Source of the DNA: an uncultured Gammaproteobacteria bacterium
GTDB lineage: Bacteria > Pseudomonadota > Gammaproteobacteria > CAVYTG01
Assembly: GCA_963771515.1 (NCBI GenBank)
Contig: CAVYTG010000002.1
Coordinates: 46,607 to 110,606 of the forward strand
DNA: 64,000 nt
Direction: 5' to 3'
Shown: piece by piece, positions 28,492 to 39,521 of the stretch
How the letters are laid out: every line of letters starts with the position of its first letter
Position numbering within the stretch: the stretch's first letter is position 1
The notes under the pieces: generated by a model
The model's database searches: none
Told to the model about the DNA's origin: nothing
What the model saw: the letters and a program-made list of their open reading frames with translations, nothing else
Position numbers and translations under genes: made by a program

Positions 28492-31400
28492 ATGTTAGAA
28501 AAAATCTTTAATGTTAGAGAAAATAGACAAGGTATTTTTAATATTTTCATGAAACATGGTGTGAAGGACTCGGCTGTTATGGTGCAGACTGAATACTTTA
28601 AGCTTTCCTTTATGAAAATGCTTACTTTTGGGATTGATAGACAAGTTTCTCAAACTCAACGGGAAGAGATGGAGAGGGAGTTATCTGAATTGCTAAAAAT
28701 TTCAGTATCTATCTCTTTTGTTGACATCGTAGAGCAAGGAAATATCAATTATTTATTTCACTATTTAAATAAATATGAGAAAGACTATGTTTTTTATCAA
28801 AAAATCACAGAGTATTGTAATGAAATTGATCTCTATTCGGATAAAAACTATTACGAAATAGATCAGCTTATTACCTGTTTTTATAACGATAGGGCTGAGA
28901 TGGAAGTCCTTTTTAAAGACCTGTTTGAAAAGGAAGTTGATGAGGCCATTAAGCTCTCTGAACAGTGGAATCCTCACTACGTTATAGAAAAAGAACTTAC
29001 TGATGGGCGATTAGAAAAAATATTACAACTGGAAGATAAAAAGGAAAGACGTCTTTTTTATATAAATACTTTCAGTGATTCAGGAGATACTTGTTTACAT
29101 GTAGCAATAAAAACCAAACAGATGGAGGTGTTTAATCGATTGGTTAGCTCTGGTGCAGATTTGTGGGTTAAAAATAGAGCTGGCGTTCTGGTTTATGATT
29201 TGATTAAAGATACAGATTTTTTTAATGAAATTTATAAAAATTTCATGGATGAAATTAGATTTAATATTGCAGATAGTTTGAATAAATTGCTAGACAACAA
29301 TGAACAAACACTTCTCTTTTTAAAATCAAACTTCCCTATGGATGAAAATGAATATATCTCAAAAGATAAGCTAAAGGAAACGCATATAGCCTCCCTTTCT
29401 CATATTGCTTATGCAGTTTTTGCTTTTGATGAAGATGCCGATGATATCTATGAATTGACTTCACCAAGAGTAATGCTTGATGATTTGGTACTATCAGAGA
29501 AAGAGAGGACTATTATAGATTTTTCAAGAGATTATCATCCATTTTTACTGATTTTAAAAAATGATCAAAAGAATCTTGAGATTTTTTTGGAGACAGGAAA
29601 GAAAGATAACCTATACAACAATATCAATAATATGAGATCAGTGTCAGGAGACACCTTGTTACATTATGCCGTCAAATGTGGGAAGGAAGATATATCCGCC
29701 ATATTATTGAGGTTTGATGCAGACCTGATGATAAGAAATAATCGAGGTGCATTAGCCTTTACACCGAAAAGCACAGATTTGGAAGCAAATCAATCATTAC
29801 CTTATCAAACAGGTATTCAATACCCCGAACACATTTTGGAATTTCCAGATGCCATGGTTGATATACTGCGCTTTGAAGAAGAGATAGCAAAAAAGGTCAA
29901 AGAAAACCAGTTTATGGAGATATATTTTTTATCTAAATATGCTGGTCACAAATATAGTCATGAGGAAAATGTTAGGCACTTCCCACCCACATCCGTCGTT
30001 TTATTTTTGGTTGTCGATAATTATAAGCCCAAAGAACGAATCAAGAAGATGCTGTCCAATTTCAAGAAATTTATGTTTGATTTAGTAAGAGAGGCTAAAA
30101 TCAATTGCGCTCCGCACATTGCCTATGTTTCAGAAATTGAAAAGGAAAAAAAATTCAAACCTTACAGTGGACAAGTTTTTTCCCTTCAAGAGGTTTCAGG
30201 CTTTTATGAAGAAGCAAAAAATAAAGCTGAAGAGATTGAAGCCTTTATCCACAATAATGGTATTCACGAAACACTTTGGGAAGAGGTGGAGACATCTATA
30301 TCACCTAAACTTACTTCGTTCACAGGAGAAGACCTCTATAAATTTGTTGAGTATTTAGAAGAGTGCGAAAGTTATGATGGATTAAAGCATGATTTGAGAG
30401 AGACTTTTTCTAAGATACCCTACCTACTTGAAATTATTTTAAAAGACTGTGTTGAGGAGAGTAAAAAGTATCCAAAAGGCATGCACATTTTGGATTCGTT
30501 TGAAAAATATGAAGCCAATTTTGATCTTCTCAAAGAGTACGATTCCAACCGAGTAGCTACATGGGCTCCCACATTATCCCAAAGGGTTAATCCCTCTTTA
30601 AATAATATCAAAAATTTCTTTGAGCAATTATTCAGCTTAATGGATAACTTCTTAAGTGATGATGAAAATCAAAAAGTTTTTGATGCAGAGAGGGATAACT
30701 ATAAGAATTTTTTTGAACTTGTAGAAAATCTGTCAGGTGATAGAACTAAATGGATTGGAACTATTTTTATCGATCAATTTGATATAAGCAAGGAAGACAA
30801 AACGCTCTTTCAGGAGAAAATGTCTAAATACCCTATTATTGAGGATGTTTATCACTACTACCTCCTTTCAATATTTAAGAAGAAAAGCGCTTTTCATGGT
30901 GCAAGAACGGATTCCAGTTTCGATATTCTTACCATGAAAAACAACATCCATGCACTAGGGAAAAAATTTGAAGAATTTCTTGATAGTGTGAATATCCCAA
31001 CGGAGTATGCTGTTTTTCATTTATTGCCTTCCATGCCTGAAGAATTAAAAGACCCTATTAAACGCCTTTATTTTAATAATGAGTATCGGGAAGCCCTAAA
31101 ATTGGAGGCCTTAAAAAAGCAAATCATGTGGAAAGTAAGGGATTTTATTAACTTTCGAGCGTCTAGTCCAAGTGAACTTGACAGATTGATGAAAAGCTTC
31201 AAATTTCCAAGCGCATTTTCCGATGCAGAAATAGAGTTTTTTATCGCTTTGGCGCGCGATGCTGAACATATAATGGAAAATCATAAAACAATTTACAATT
31301 ACCTGGAACCCACATGCCAGTCAATCATGAATAATATGTTAAAAAATTGGCTGCCTTATAATGTATTGTTTGCATCCATGATGAATAGCTTGGACTATAT

Positions 31401-33531
31401 TGGGCATTGGGGTACAAGCGATTCACATATAATCGAATCATATAATGTCATCATTAATTACCTTGAGCAGATTAAATTTGATTTTTTCCATGAGATTCAA
31501 TTCACTGAAATTAAACTTCCATTGAAAAATTCTTTATTAGCAGAATGTGTACACAAGGGGAAATATCAATCCTGTGTACTTCTTCTTAATTTAGGTGTTT
31601 CTCCAATAGCTTATTTAGTAGGCAAACAGCGTATTCAAGAAATGAAAAGAGTAGCAGAAGAGTCCCATCTGAGAAAGCTGAGCCAAACTCCAGAAAATCA
31701 GATAGGGCTATTAAGAGAAGAGCATCAGTCGCTACTTTTAGATCAGCAGTCACTTAGGAAATGGACTGAAGTGAAAGTAGATTTGCTTGAACGAGAAATA
31801 GAAAAAAATAGGGTAAATATAAATGACCTTAAAGCTGTTTCAGGCATAATTATTGAAATGGTTGAAAAAAACACAGCGGATATTAAAAACAACAAAACGG
31901 GCTTAGACACCATTGAGGTGTTGCGTTCATACTTAATCAATATGGAAGAAGAACTGAATGGTGAAATTGCCGTATTGGTAGAAAAAATAGAAGCCAGTGA
32001 TGAAACGATAAAACGTCTAATAGGGGAAGAAGTAAAAAGGTTGGAAATCCGGCTTGAGGAAACCAAACAATCTTTCAGGATTTTAGATTTTCAACAAGAA
32101 ACATTAGAAATGTCTCATCGCATTTTGGAAGAAAAGGTCAATTACTTTCATCGAAATCATCAACCAGAGTATTTTGTTGAAGATGATTTGATTGTCCACT
32201 ACGAGGGGTTTCAGAAGAAAAAACCAAATAAAGCATTGCCATTTTTCAGAAGTGTAGTTGAGGATGCGCCTGTTGAACTAAGAGAGGCCAATGAAGATAT
32301 AGAGCCTAAAAAGAATCTTGCTACCTTGTCTATTGGGATATTTTACGAGTCTACAGAAATTTTTCCAGAAGAGACTATCACAAGAAGACGCTTCGGTTTT
32401 ATCCCTCTAAATTTCGATGGTCGGAATAAACTGGGATTTCAAGGATCTTGTAAATTTACGCATAAGAGTGCGGAACAATTATCAAATGCTATTATTGAGA
32501 TGATAAATAGAGGGCATCGTATTGGGAGTGATCACAGAGACGGTGGATCTGATCTGGTAACGCTTGATTTTATTGATAGTGATCGCGTAAGGCAATCATA
32601 TAAATACGGTTATTATAAAGGAAAAAAAAATGGCAAGACAAACCGATATCCAACACCACACAGCCATTCTGAACAGCATCTTTATCAAGCATTAAATGTT
32701 TATGATATTTCCAACTTGTTGTCTCAATTCCATGAAAAGTATTCAGATTTTAAGACGGGATGTAAAATTTATGCTGTGACCTTTGATCTTTATTCCGATA
32801 GGACTATGTGTGATGGCTGTAAGACCTCTGCTATTGCTTTGCAGAATCTACAGAATGAAGAAGGCTATATGTACACAAACAGTAGTATAGATAGCTTCTT
32901 GGACTCAATCTTCAATATTAAAAAAAGTGAAGCCGTTCAACGCTTGCTAGAAGCAATGGATAATAAATCGGAAGAAGATTTAATCAAAGAACTAAATAGC
33001 TTTTACTCACAGCCCATGAAACTTTTAGCAGAAACACTTGGTATTTCACTTTACTTCTGGCAAATGAGTGATAACAATCACCTTATTTTCGATGGAATTC
33101 ATAACCGTGGTGGCACCGAAAGGAAAGACATTCTCATGATTGGGGAAAAATTATTTCCTATAGAATTTATGGGTTATGGTGATGCGTTGCCAAATGGCTC
33201 TGAATCTGTCCCACCTTGCTACAGCTTTTTAGCTAAATTCAAAGCTTATGTTCAAAAAGAGGGATATAAATTACCTAAAGCTAGAATAGAGGGGGAGGAT
33301 GAAAACACACTTTATGCAGTAACCCGAGCGGTGACACATGAGTTGGATGGTGGTTTCAATAGATTTGGAGAACCTAAACACCCCTATTTATACGAGGATC
33401 CAAAGTCGAAAAACATTAAGCTACTAGAAAATATGGGAATTTTTGAAATCATTGACTCTAGAGAGTCTAATATAATTAATTCAACTCCAACCGTTGGTGG
33501 TAGTTATAATTTTTCTAATAAGCGAAATTAG
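28492..33531 (+). CDS. Large ankyrin-repeat/coiled-coil protein with C-terminal zinc deaminase-like domain
   Basis: GDTCLHVA and GDTLLHYA ankyrin motifs; HSE...LYSDRTMCDGC. Confidence 0.75.
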   Translation: MLEKIFNVRENRQGIFNIFMKHGVKDSAVMVQTEYFKLSFMKMLTFGIDRQVSQTQREEMERELSELLKISVSISFVDIVEQGNINYLFHYLNKYEKDYVFYQKITEYCNEIDLYSDKNYYEIDQLITCFYNDRAEMEVLFKDLFEKEVDEAIKLSEQWNPHYVIEKELTDGRLEKILQLEDKKERRLFYINTFSDSGDTCLHVAIKTKQMEVFNRLVSSGADLWVKNRAGVLVYDLIKDTDFFNEIYKNFMDEIRFNIADSLNKLLDNNEQTLLFLKSNFPMDENEYISKDKLKETHIASLSHIAYAVFAFDEDADDIYELTSPRVMLDDLVLSEKERTIIDFSRDYHPFLLILKNDQKNLEIFLETGKKDNLYNNINNMRSVSGDTLLHYAVKCGKEDISAILLRFDADLMIRNNRGALAFTPKSTDLEANQSLPYQTGIQYPEHILEFPDAMVDILRFEEEIAKKVKENQFMEIYFLSKYAGHKYSHEENVRHFPPTSVVLFLVVDNYKPKERIKKMLSNFKKFMFDLVREAKINCAPHIAYVSEIEKEKKFKPYSGQVFSLQEVSGFYEEAKNKAEEIEAFIHNNGIHETLWEEVETSISPKLTSFTGEDLYKFVEYLEECESYDGLKHDLRETFSKIPYLLEIILKDCVEESKKYPKGMHILDSFEKYEANFDLLKEYDSNRVATWAPTLSQRVNPSLNNIKNFFEQLFSLMDNFLSDDENQKVFDAERDNYKNFFELVENLSGDRTKWIGTIFIDQFDISKEDKTLFQEKMSKYPIIEDVYHYYLLSIFKKKSAFHGARTDSSFDILTMKNNIHALGKKFEEFLDSVNIPTEYAVFHLLPSMPEELKDPIKRLYFNNEYREALKLEALKKQIMWKVRDFINFRASSPSELDRLMKSFKFPSAFSDAEIEFFIALARDAEHIMENHKTIYNYLEPTCQSIMNNMLKNWLPYNVLFASMMNSLDYIGHWGTSDSHIIESYNVIINYLEQIKFDFFHEIQFTEIKLPLKNSLLAECVHKGKYQSCVLLLNLGVSPIAYLVGKQRIQEMKRVAEESHLRKLSQTPENQIGLLREEHQSLLLDQQSLRKWTEVKVDLLEREIEKNRVNINDLKAVSGIIIEMVEKNTADIKNNKTGLDTIEVLRSYLINMEEELNGEIAVLVEKIEASDETIKRLIGEEVKRLEIRLEETKQSFRILDFQQETLEMSHRILEEKVNYFHRNHQPEYFVEDDLIVHYEGFQKKKPNKALPFFRSVVEDAPVELREANEDIEPKKNLATLSIGIFYESTEIFPEETITRRRFGFIPLNFDGRNKLGFQGSCKFTHKSAEQLSNAIIEMINRGHRIGSDHRDGGSDLVTLDFIDSDRVRQSYKYGYYKGKKNGKTNRYPTPHSHSEQHLYQALNVYDISNLLSQFHEKYSDFKTGCKIYAVTFDLYSDRTMCDGCKTSAIALQNLQNEEGYMYTNSSIDSFLDSIFNIKKSEAVQRLLEAMDNKSEEDLIKELNSFYSQPMKLLAETLGISLYFWQMSDNNHLIFDGIHNRGGTERKDILMIGEKLFPIEFMGYGDALPNGSESVPPCYSFLAKFKAYVQKEGYKLPKARIEGEDENTLYAVTRAVTHELDGGFNRFGEPKHPYLYEDPKSKNIKLLENMGIFEIIDSRESNIINSTPTVGGSYNFSNKRN

Positions 33532-33718
33532 TGTGGTAAAGAAAACGAGGATTTTTTTACTACTATGATTGATTTCGATCTGCTACCATTTTGCTAGGCT
33601 TGAAAAGCAAACAAACGTTGGCAAATAATCAAAGTAAATTTTATTATGCTGCTTTAGAGTTTTTTAACGGATTTGAGGGCTATGGAAATTGGACAAATTC
33701 GGGTACCATAGAAGATAA

Positions 33719-34873
33719 TAACTCACCTAACGCGCTCCCCATTGACTAATGCTGTAAATTAATTAAATTTTGTTCATTGTTTTTAAAAGGAAAAGGACGA
33801 TGAACAAACAACTATTAGATATTTATAGCGATTATCTGATTAGCCAAAATCATCATGCGACGGCTACGGGCTTGTCAGCGATGCTGGATGGAGAGATCAG
33901 TCACGATCAAGTCAGTCGGCTTTTGCGGGCAGAAGATTATGGTGGTAAGGAGCTTTGGAGTTACATCAAGACTGAGGTGCGCCGCCATCAGGAAGCTAGA
34001 GGAGGTGTTCTGTTGCTGGATGATACCATCTCAGAGAAAAGCTATACGGATGAAAATGAGGTCAATTGTTGGCATTTCTCGCATGCCAAACATCGACATG
34101 TAAAAGGGATCAATCTTCTTTCATGTCTTGTTCGTTATGGGGACGTAGCGCTTCCTGTGGGGTATGACATTGTGAAAAAAGATATCCTTTATTCTGATAT
34201 TGAAACTCGTAGGCGAAAGAGAAAATCCAGTATCAGCAAAAATGTCATGTTTCGCTCTCTCGTTCAGCAAGCTATTGATAATCAGGTGCTCTTTGATTAC
34301 GTGCTGGCTGATAACTGGTTTGGCTCAAAAGCAAATATGGTTTTCATTCATGAAGCTCTGAACAAAAATTTTATTTTTGGTATCAAGTCAAATCGGTGCG
34401 TAGCATTGACAGGACAAGATGCTAAAAGCGGTCAATTTCAACAGATTAATTCACTGGACTGGAACGACGGTGACTGTCTCACTGTCTATCTTAGGGATGT
34501 GTTTTTCCCTGTTAAGCTTCTCAAAAAAGTCTTCACAAACGAGGACGGATCCATTGGGACGCTTTATCTGGTCACAAATGATTTGTCAATTGATGCTGAC
34601 CGCATCTACGAAGTCTACCAAAAACGGTGGCGAATTGAAGAGTTTCATAAATCTATTAAACAAAATGCCAGCTTGTCAAAGTCTCCTACCAAAACCACTC
34701 GCACCCAATGTAATCATCTGTTTGCCTCAATGATCGCTTTTTGCAAGCTCGAGCTTTTGAAAGTAAAAACTTCTCTGAATCATTTTGCCATTAAACAAAA
34801 ATTGCTCCTCAAGGCTAATCAAATGATGTTTAACGAGCTGCAGCTCTTGAAAGCCTCTGCGTAAGGTGAGTTA
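33719..34873 (+). mobile_element. IS701-family insertion sequence
   Basis: IRs TAACTCACCT(A/T)ACGC at both ends around the transposase. Confidence 0.8.
33800..34864 (+). CDS. IS701-family transposase
   Basis: ISHDQVSRLL, LLLDDT, VLADNWF, YQKRWRIEEFHK motifs. Confidence 0.9.
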   Translation: MNKQLLDIYSDYLISQNHHATATGLSAMLDGEISHDQVSRLLRAEDYGGKELWSYIKTEVRRHQEARGGVLLLDDTISEKSYTDENEVNCWHFSHAKHRHVKGINLLSCLVRYGDVALPVGYDIVKKDILYSDIETRRRKRKSSISKNVMFRSLVQQAIDNQVLFDYVLADNWFGSKANMVFIHEALNKNFIFGIKSNRCVALTGQDAKSGQFQQINSLDWNDGDCLTVYLRDVFFPVKLLKKVFTNEDGSIGTLYLVTNDLSIDADRIYEVYQKRWRIEEFHKSIKQNASLSKSPTKTTRTQCNHLFASMIAFCKLELLKVKTSLNHFAIKQKLLLKANQMMFNELQLLKASA

Positions 34874-36246
34874 CGTACATACACTAATGCCATTGCACAA
34901 GAGGCTTTACGAGAGATCTCATCACTCCCGCGGCTGGTTAAAATAATAGGAACTGTCGCACCCATCACAATGCCGGCGGCTTCCATGTCAGACATATAAG
35001 TCATTTGTTTATAGAGCATATTGCCAGATTCAACATCGGGTACGACAAGAATGTCAGCATTACCCGCGACTTCAGAATGAATATTTTTTTCATGTGCAGA
35101 TTGAATAGAGATTGCATTATCCAACGCGAGCGGCCCATCTAAAATACCGCCCATTATTTGGCCTCGTTCTGCCATTTTACATAACGCAGTAGCATCCAGC
35201 GTGGAAGGTATTTTTGCATTGACCGTTTCGACGGCCGACAAAATAGCAACTTTTGGAATACCAAAACCTAAGACGTGAAACAAATCAATGGCATTTTGCA
35301 CAATATCTTTTTTAGCGTCTAAATCAGGTTGAATGTTAATGGCTGCATCGGTGATAAATAAAGGTTTGAAATAATCAGGCGCCTCCATAAAAAATACATG
35401 ACTCATTCTTCGACCAGTGCGCAAACCGTTTTCTTTATTAAGAATAGGTTCCATCAATTCGTCCGTATGAATCTTTCCCTTCATAATGGCTTCCACTTTG
35501 CCTTCTTTTGCCAGTTTGACAGCCATCTCGGCCGATTCATTGCTATGACGAGTTGCAATGATGGGGTATTGAGAAATATCTAGATTGGCATCGCTGGCAG
35601 CAGCGAGAATTTTATCTTTTGGACCGACCAGAATAGGAATAATGAGGTTTTCTTCTGCAGCATCAATAGCACCTCTCAAGGCCAGTGGATCGACAGGATG
35701 AACAATGGCAGTCTTAAGCGGGGCAAAATTATTTTTTAATGCAATGAGTTTTTTGTACCAAACCCCCTTAGGTTCTTTCAGAATGACTTCGGGTAATTCA
35801 ATTCGTTTTCTTTTTATTTTAGTCGTGGGGGCTTTCACAATGGCAACGCCGCTGATCACTGTTTTATCGTCTTGATTGACACACTTGCATTCTAAAGTCA
35901 CGATATGCTTTTCCGGTTTTTTATCCGTGACCATCACACTCACCGTGACCGTATCACCAGGTGCAACGGGGTGAAGAAATTTAAGTGACTGATCCAGATA
36001 AACGGTGCCAGGTCCAGGCAGCTCCGTGCCAAGCACCGTGGATATTAGGGATGCACCCCACATGCCATGGGCAATGATTTTATGGAACCTATCATCTTTT
36101 GCAAAGGCTGCATCCACATGCGCTGGATTGACATCCCCCGACATGGCAGCAAAGAGTTCAATATCTTTGTGTGTTAAGGTGTGCTGAATGCTTGCACAGT
36201 CACCTATTTTAAGCTCATCAAAAGTCCGATTTTCGATATAAGCCAT
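34819..36246 (-). CDS. Bifunctional MaoC-type enoyl-CoA hydratase/phosphate acetyl(butyryl)transferase; last codons supplied by the IS
   Basis: SGDVNPAHVD and IAHGMW (MaoC); MKGKIHT, DGPLALDNA, PIILTSR (PTA/PTB). Confidence 0.92.
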   Translation of the reverse strand: MAYIENRTFDELKIGDCASIQHTLTHKDIELFAAMSGDVNPAHVDAAFAKDDRFHKIIAHGMWGASLISTVLGTELPGPGTVYLDQSLKFLHPVAPGDTVTVSVMVTDKKPEKHIVTLECKCVNQDDKTVISGVAIVKAPTTKIKRKRIELPEVILKEPKGVWYKKLIALKNNFAPLKTAIVHPVDPLALRGAIDAAEENLIIPILVGPKDKILAAASDANLDISQYPIIATRHSNESAEMAVKLAKEGKVEAIMKGKIHTDELMEPILNKENGLRTGRRMSHVFFMEAPDYFKPLFITDAAINIQPDLDAKKDIVQNAIDLFHVLGFGIPKVAILSAVETVNAKIPSTLDATALCKMAERGQIMGGILDGPLALDNAISIQSAHEKNIHSEVAGNADILVVPDVESGNMLYKQMTYMSDMEAAGIVMGATVPIILTSRGSDEISRKASCAMALVYVRNSPYAEAFKSCSSLNII

Positions 36247-36267
36247 CTCTGTTCTCCCTCTTCGTTA

Positions 36268-37035
36268 TCAACCCATAATGGAATATCCTGAATCCACATA
36301 AAATACTTGTCCTGTGATATTGATGGCAGCGTCGCTGGCAAGAAATGCGGCCAGATTTCCAACATTTTCGATATTCACTAAACGATGTAATGGGGATCGT
36401 TTTTCTTCTGCCTCTATATATTCATAAAAATTACGAATACCAGAAGCTGCTCGTGTTTTAATAGGGCCTGGTGATATGGCATTAACCCGTATGTTTTTCT
36501 CTCCCAACTCATACGCTAAATATCTAACAGCCGACTCTAATGCTGCTTTAACCACACCCATCAAATTATAGTTTTGTATAATTTTTTGACTGCCATAATA
36601 GGTCATCGTCAATATGCTTCCACCCGTTTTCATTAGGGGTTCTGCATATTTCGACATTCGAATCAAGGAATGGCAGGAGATATCCATCGCTTCCAGGAAT
36701 CCTTCCTTAGTGCAATCGACGACTCTACCCTGTAAGTCAGATTTAGGTGCAAAGGCAATGGAATGTAACATGAAATCCAGTTTTCCCCATTGTTTGCGAA
36801 GGGCTTCAAATAAAGCCGCCATCTCCTCTTCTTTTCGAACGTCACAGGGAAGAATAATCGGTGATTTTAATTGTTCTGCGAGAGGGCGCATGAAAGGTTC
36901 TGCATTTTCATTCAAAAATGTAGTGGCCAATTCTGCATTGGCTTCGCAGAATTTTTGCGCACATCCATAGGCAATGCTGTGTTCATTCGCGATGCCAATG
37001 ACCAATCCTCGTTTTCCTTTTAAATCGATTAACAT
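36268..37035 (-). CDS. fabI: Enoyl-ACP reductase
   Basis: GIANEHSIAYG, YNLMGVVKAALE, ISPGPIKTRAA motifs. Confidence 0.93.
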   Translation of the reverse strand: MLIDLKGKRGLVIGIANEHSIAYGCAQKFCEANAELATTFLNENAEPFMRPLAEQLKSPIILPCDVRKEEEMAALFEALRKQWGKLDFMLHSIAFAPKSDLQGRVVDCTKEGFLEAMDISCHSLIRMSKYAEPLMKTGGSILTMTYYGSQKIIQNYNLMGVVKAALESAVRYLAYELGEKNIRVNAISPGPIKTRAASGIRNFYEYIEAEEKRSPLHRLVNIENVGNLAAFLASDAAINITGQVFYVDSGYSIMG

Positions 37036-37049
37036 TTATTTTTCCTTAT

Positions 37050-39518
37050 TTAATGTGATATGGCTTGTTGATCAAAGGAGGGATCTAAAATCCTGTAAGC
37101 AAGCAGCTTTATACGATCACTCACAAGCGCCCATATCAGTGCATATCCCCAAACGAATAATGCCCAACTCCAACCAAGGGGTGGCATCAGAAACCCGTAG
37201 ACTGCGATTAAAGTCGCCACGATTTGTGTGCCAAGCACAGCTACCCATAAGATTCGCGCAGGGCGTATGGACCAGAATGGGCCGCGCGTACGGGTAAGGA
37301 AGATGGTCATGTGTCCAGCCACAGACAGCATCAGATACATCATCGGCTGGAGATGCTTATGGTCAAGATGAAAAACGCGGTCACCTAGGTAGAACAGGCC
37401 AAATGCAGCTATGGGGCCAATGATGCCCAGCACGGTAGCAATCCCCAGTACTAGACGCATGTTCCAGGCCTCTGGCTGATTCTTGTAGTGGACATTGTCA
37501 TAGGCAATGGACAGGATAGCACCGTCATTGAGCAATGCCAGCATCACGATCATCACTGCCGTCAATGGATAAAAATTGAAGATGAGGATCGCCAGCGTCA
37601 TGAACAACAGCACGCGCAGCGTCTCAGCGATGCGGTAGATTGCATAGCTATTCATCCGCTGGAATATTTTTCGGCTTTCCTTGATCGCATCAATAATCAC
37701 CGAAAGGCCAGGTGTCATCAGTACAATGTCTGCCGCCGCGCGTGCCGCGTCCGTTGCATCCGAAACAGCGATGCCACAATCAGCTTTTTTCAACGCAGGT
37801 GCATCATTCACTCCATCGCCTGTCATACCGACGATATGACCACATTTTTGCAGAAGATCCACAATGTGGAACTTCTGTTCTGGGAATACCTGAGCAAAAC
37901 CGTCAGCCTTCTCGATGGATTTTGCCATCGCTGCCGTCTCTTTCCGTTTGGTATCACCTAAGCTGCTGGCATCAAGAATATCTGTATCCATCCCCAATTT
38001 CTTGGCAGTTTCCTGTGCGATGGCCAGTTGATCACCCGTGACCATCTTGATCTTTACGCCCATCTGTCCTGCAGTCTCGATGGTTGCCTTAGCATCTTTC
38101 CGTGGTGGATCAAACAGGGGTAGCACGCCTAGAAACTGCCATGAGCCTTTGGTATCAGAGCGCGCCACGCCCAAAGAACGAAAGCCACGTGCCGCAAATT
38201 CGTTGACCGTCTTCTCAACGGCAGTCTTCGTCTCGGTTGCATTGGTCGACAATTCCAAAATTACCTGTGGTGCACCTTTAGTTACCTTAAATTCTTTTCC
38301 ATCTGTTCCCTTGATGGTGGCTTCGGTGCGTTTATGAACCGAGTCGAATGGCTGGAAATGGAGCATCTTGTAGCCTTCCAATGCCTGGTCATTCTTTAGG
38401 CCGCCCAAAACAGCCAGATCAATGGTGTCGTTATTGTCCATGCGCGACGCCAGCGCGGCATTAAGAATGACTTGTTCAGCAGGGATATCATTGACGCTGA
38501 AAGGATCTCCCAACGTCAATTTGTTTTGGGTCAGGGTGCCAGTCTTGTCCGCGCACAGTATATCCACACCCGCCAATTCCTCGATGGTCACCAGCCGGCT
38601 TACAATCGCCTTTTTCTTGGCAAGCAGGCGTGCGCCGACTGCCATCGTCACCGACAACACTGTCGGCATCGCTACGGGAATCGCTGCCACGGTTAGCACT
38701 AGGGCGAATTGGAGCGTGGTTAGGATCGGGTCACCGCGAAAAATCGAGACAGTAATAATTACTGCTACCATAATGACCGCGAGGATGATGAGGTAATTAC
38801 CAATCTTTAGCACTGCGCGTTGAAAATGGCTGACAGTTTGCGCTGCCTGCACCAATTGCGCCGTTTTTCCGAAATAGGTGTTTGCGCCGGTGGCGTAGAC
38901 CAGTGCGCCAATTTCACCCTGACGAATGATTGAGCCGGAAAACACGGTATCGCCGGGTTTTCGTTCAATGGGTAAGGATTCTCCTGTCAATGCAGACTGA
39001 TCCACCTCAATCGGGTCACCTTCAAACAAGCGTGCATCTGCCGGCACAATGTCGCCCAGTCGCAGACGGATAAAATCGCCTGGCACCAAATCACGCGCCG
39101 GAGGATTGACCCAATTCCCATCACGTTTCACCCTGGCTTTGATTGCTAGCTTAGCTTTCAGCGCAGCGATGGCATTACCCGCCTGGTATTCTTCCCAAAA
39201 CCCAACCACAGCATTGGCCAGAAGCAGAAAAAGGATAATAGCAAAGCCCGGCCAATGCCGAGCTACTGCGGAAAGGATCACTGCCGCCTCGATCATCCAC
39301 GGGATTGGACCCCAAAAATAGGTGAGGAATTTCAGAAATGGATTGGTCTTCTTTTCTTCAATTTCATTGGACCCATATTGAGTTAGGCGTTTCTTTGCCT
39401 CGATTTGGCTTAAGCCTTCTGGTGATACTCTTAATTTTACCTGCAATTCCGGCATGGAAAGGGATTTCAGATCATCATTTGTATTAGGCTGATCAGTATT
39501 AGGTTTCATCACGCGCAC
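37050..39518 (-). CDS. Plasma-membrane-type proton-efflux P-type ATPase (P3A)
   Basis: TGES, IPVAMPTV, DKTGTLT, KGAPQ, MVTGD, GDGVNDAPALKKA, ALLNDG motifs. Confidence 0.93.
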   Translation of the reverse strand: MRVMKPNTDQPNTNDDLKSLSMPELQVKLRVSPEGLSQIEAKKRLTQYGSNEIEEKKTNPFLKFLTYFWGPIPWMIEAAVILSAVARHWPGFAIILFLLLANAVVGFWEEYQAGNAIAALKAKLAIKARVKRDGNWVNPPARDLVPGDFIRLRLGDIVPADARLFEGDPIEVDQSALTGESLPIERKPGDTVFSGSIIRQGEIGALVYATGANTYFGKTAQLVQAAQTVSHFQRAVLKIGNYLIILAVIMVAVIITVSIFRGDPILTTLQFALVLTVAAIPVAMPTVLSVTMAVGARLLAKKKAIVSRLVTIEELAGVDILCADKTGTLTQNKLTLGDPFSVNDIPAEQVILNAALASRMDNNDTIDLAVLGGLKNDQALEGYKMLHFQPFDSVHKRTEATIKGTDGKEFKVTKGAPQVILELSTNATETKTAVEKTVNEFAARGFRSLGVARSDTKGSWQFLGVLPLFDPPRKDAKATIETAGQMGVKIKMVTGDQLAIAQETAKKLGMDTDILDASSLGDTKRKETAAMAKSIEKADGFAQVFPEQKFHIVDLLQKCGHIVGMTGDGVNDAPALKKADCGIAVSDATDAARAAADIVLMTPGLSVIIDAIKESRKIFQRMNSYAIYRIAETLRVLLFMTLAILIFNFYPLTAVMIVMLALLNDGAILSIAYDNVHYKNQPEAWNMRLVLGIATVLGIIGPIAAFGLFYLGDRVFHLDHKHLQPMMYLMLSVAGHMTIFLTRTRGPFWSIRPARILWVAVLGTQIVATLIAVYGFLMPPLGWSWALFVWGYALIWALVSDRIKLLAYRILDPSFDQQAISH

Positions 39519-39521
39519 TCC

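Noticed and set aside
29900-31450. Possible degenerate MNT/HEPN-like segments in the ankyrin-deaminase protein
   Set aside because: Catalytic motifs (GS/DxD, Rx4H) are absent; the resemblance is too weak without profile searches.
37488-39321. Several plus-strand ORFs
   Set aside because: Antisense to the GC-richer P-type ATPase; no recognisable motifs.
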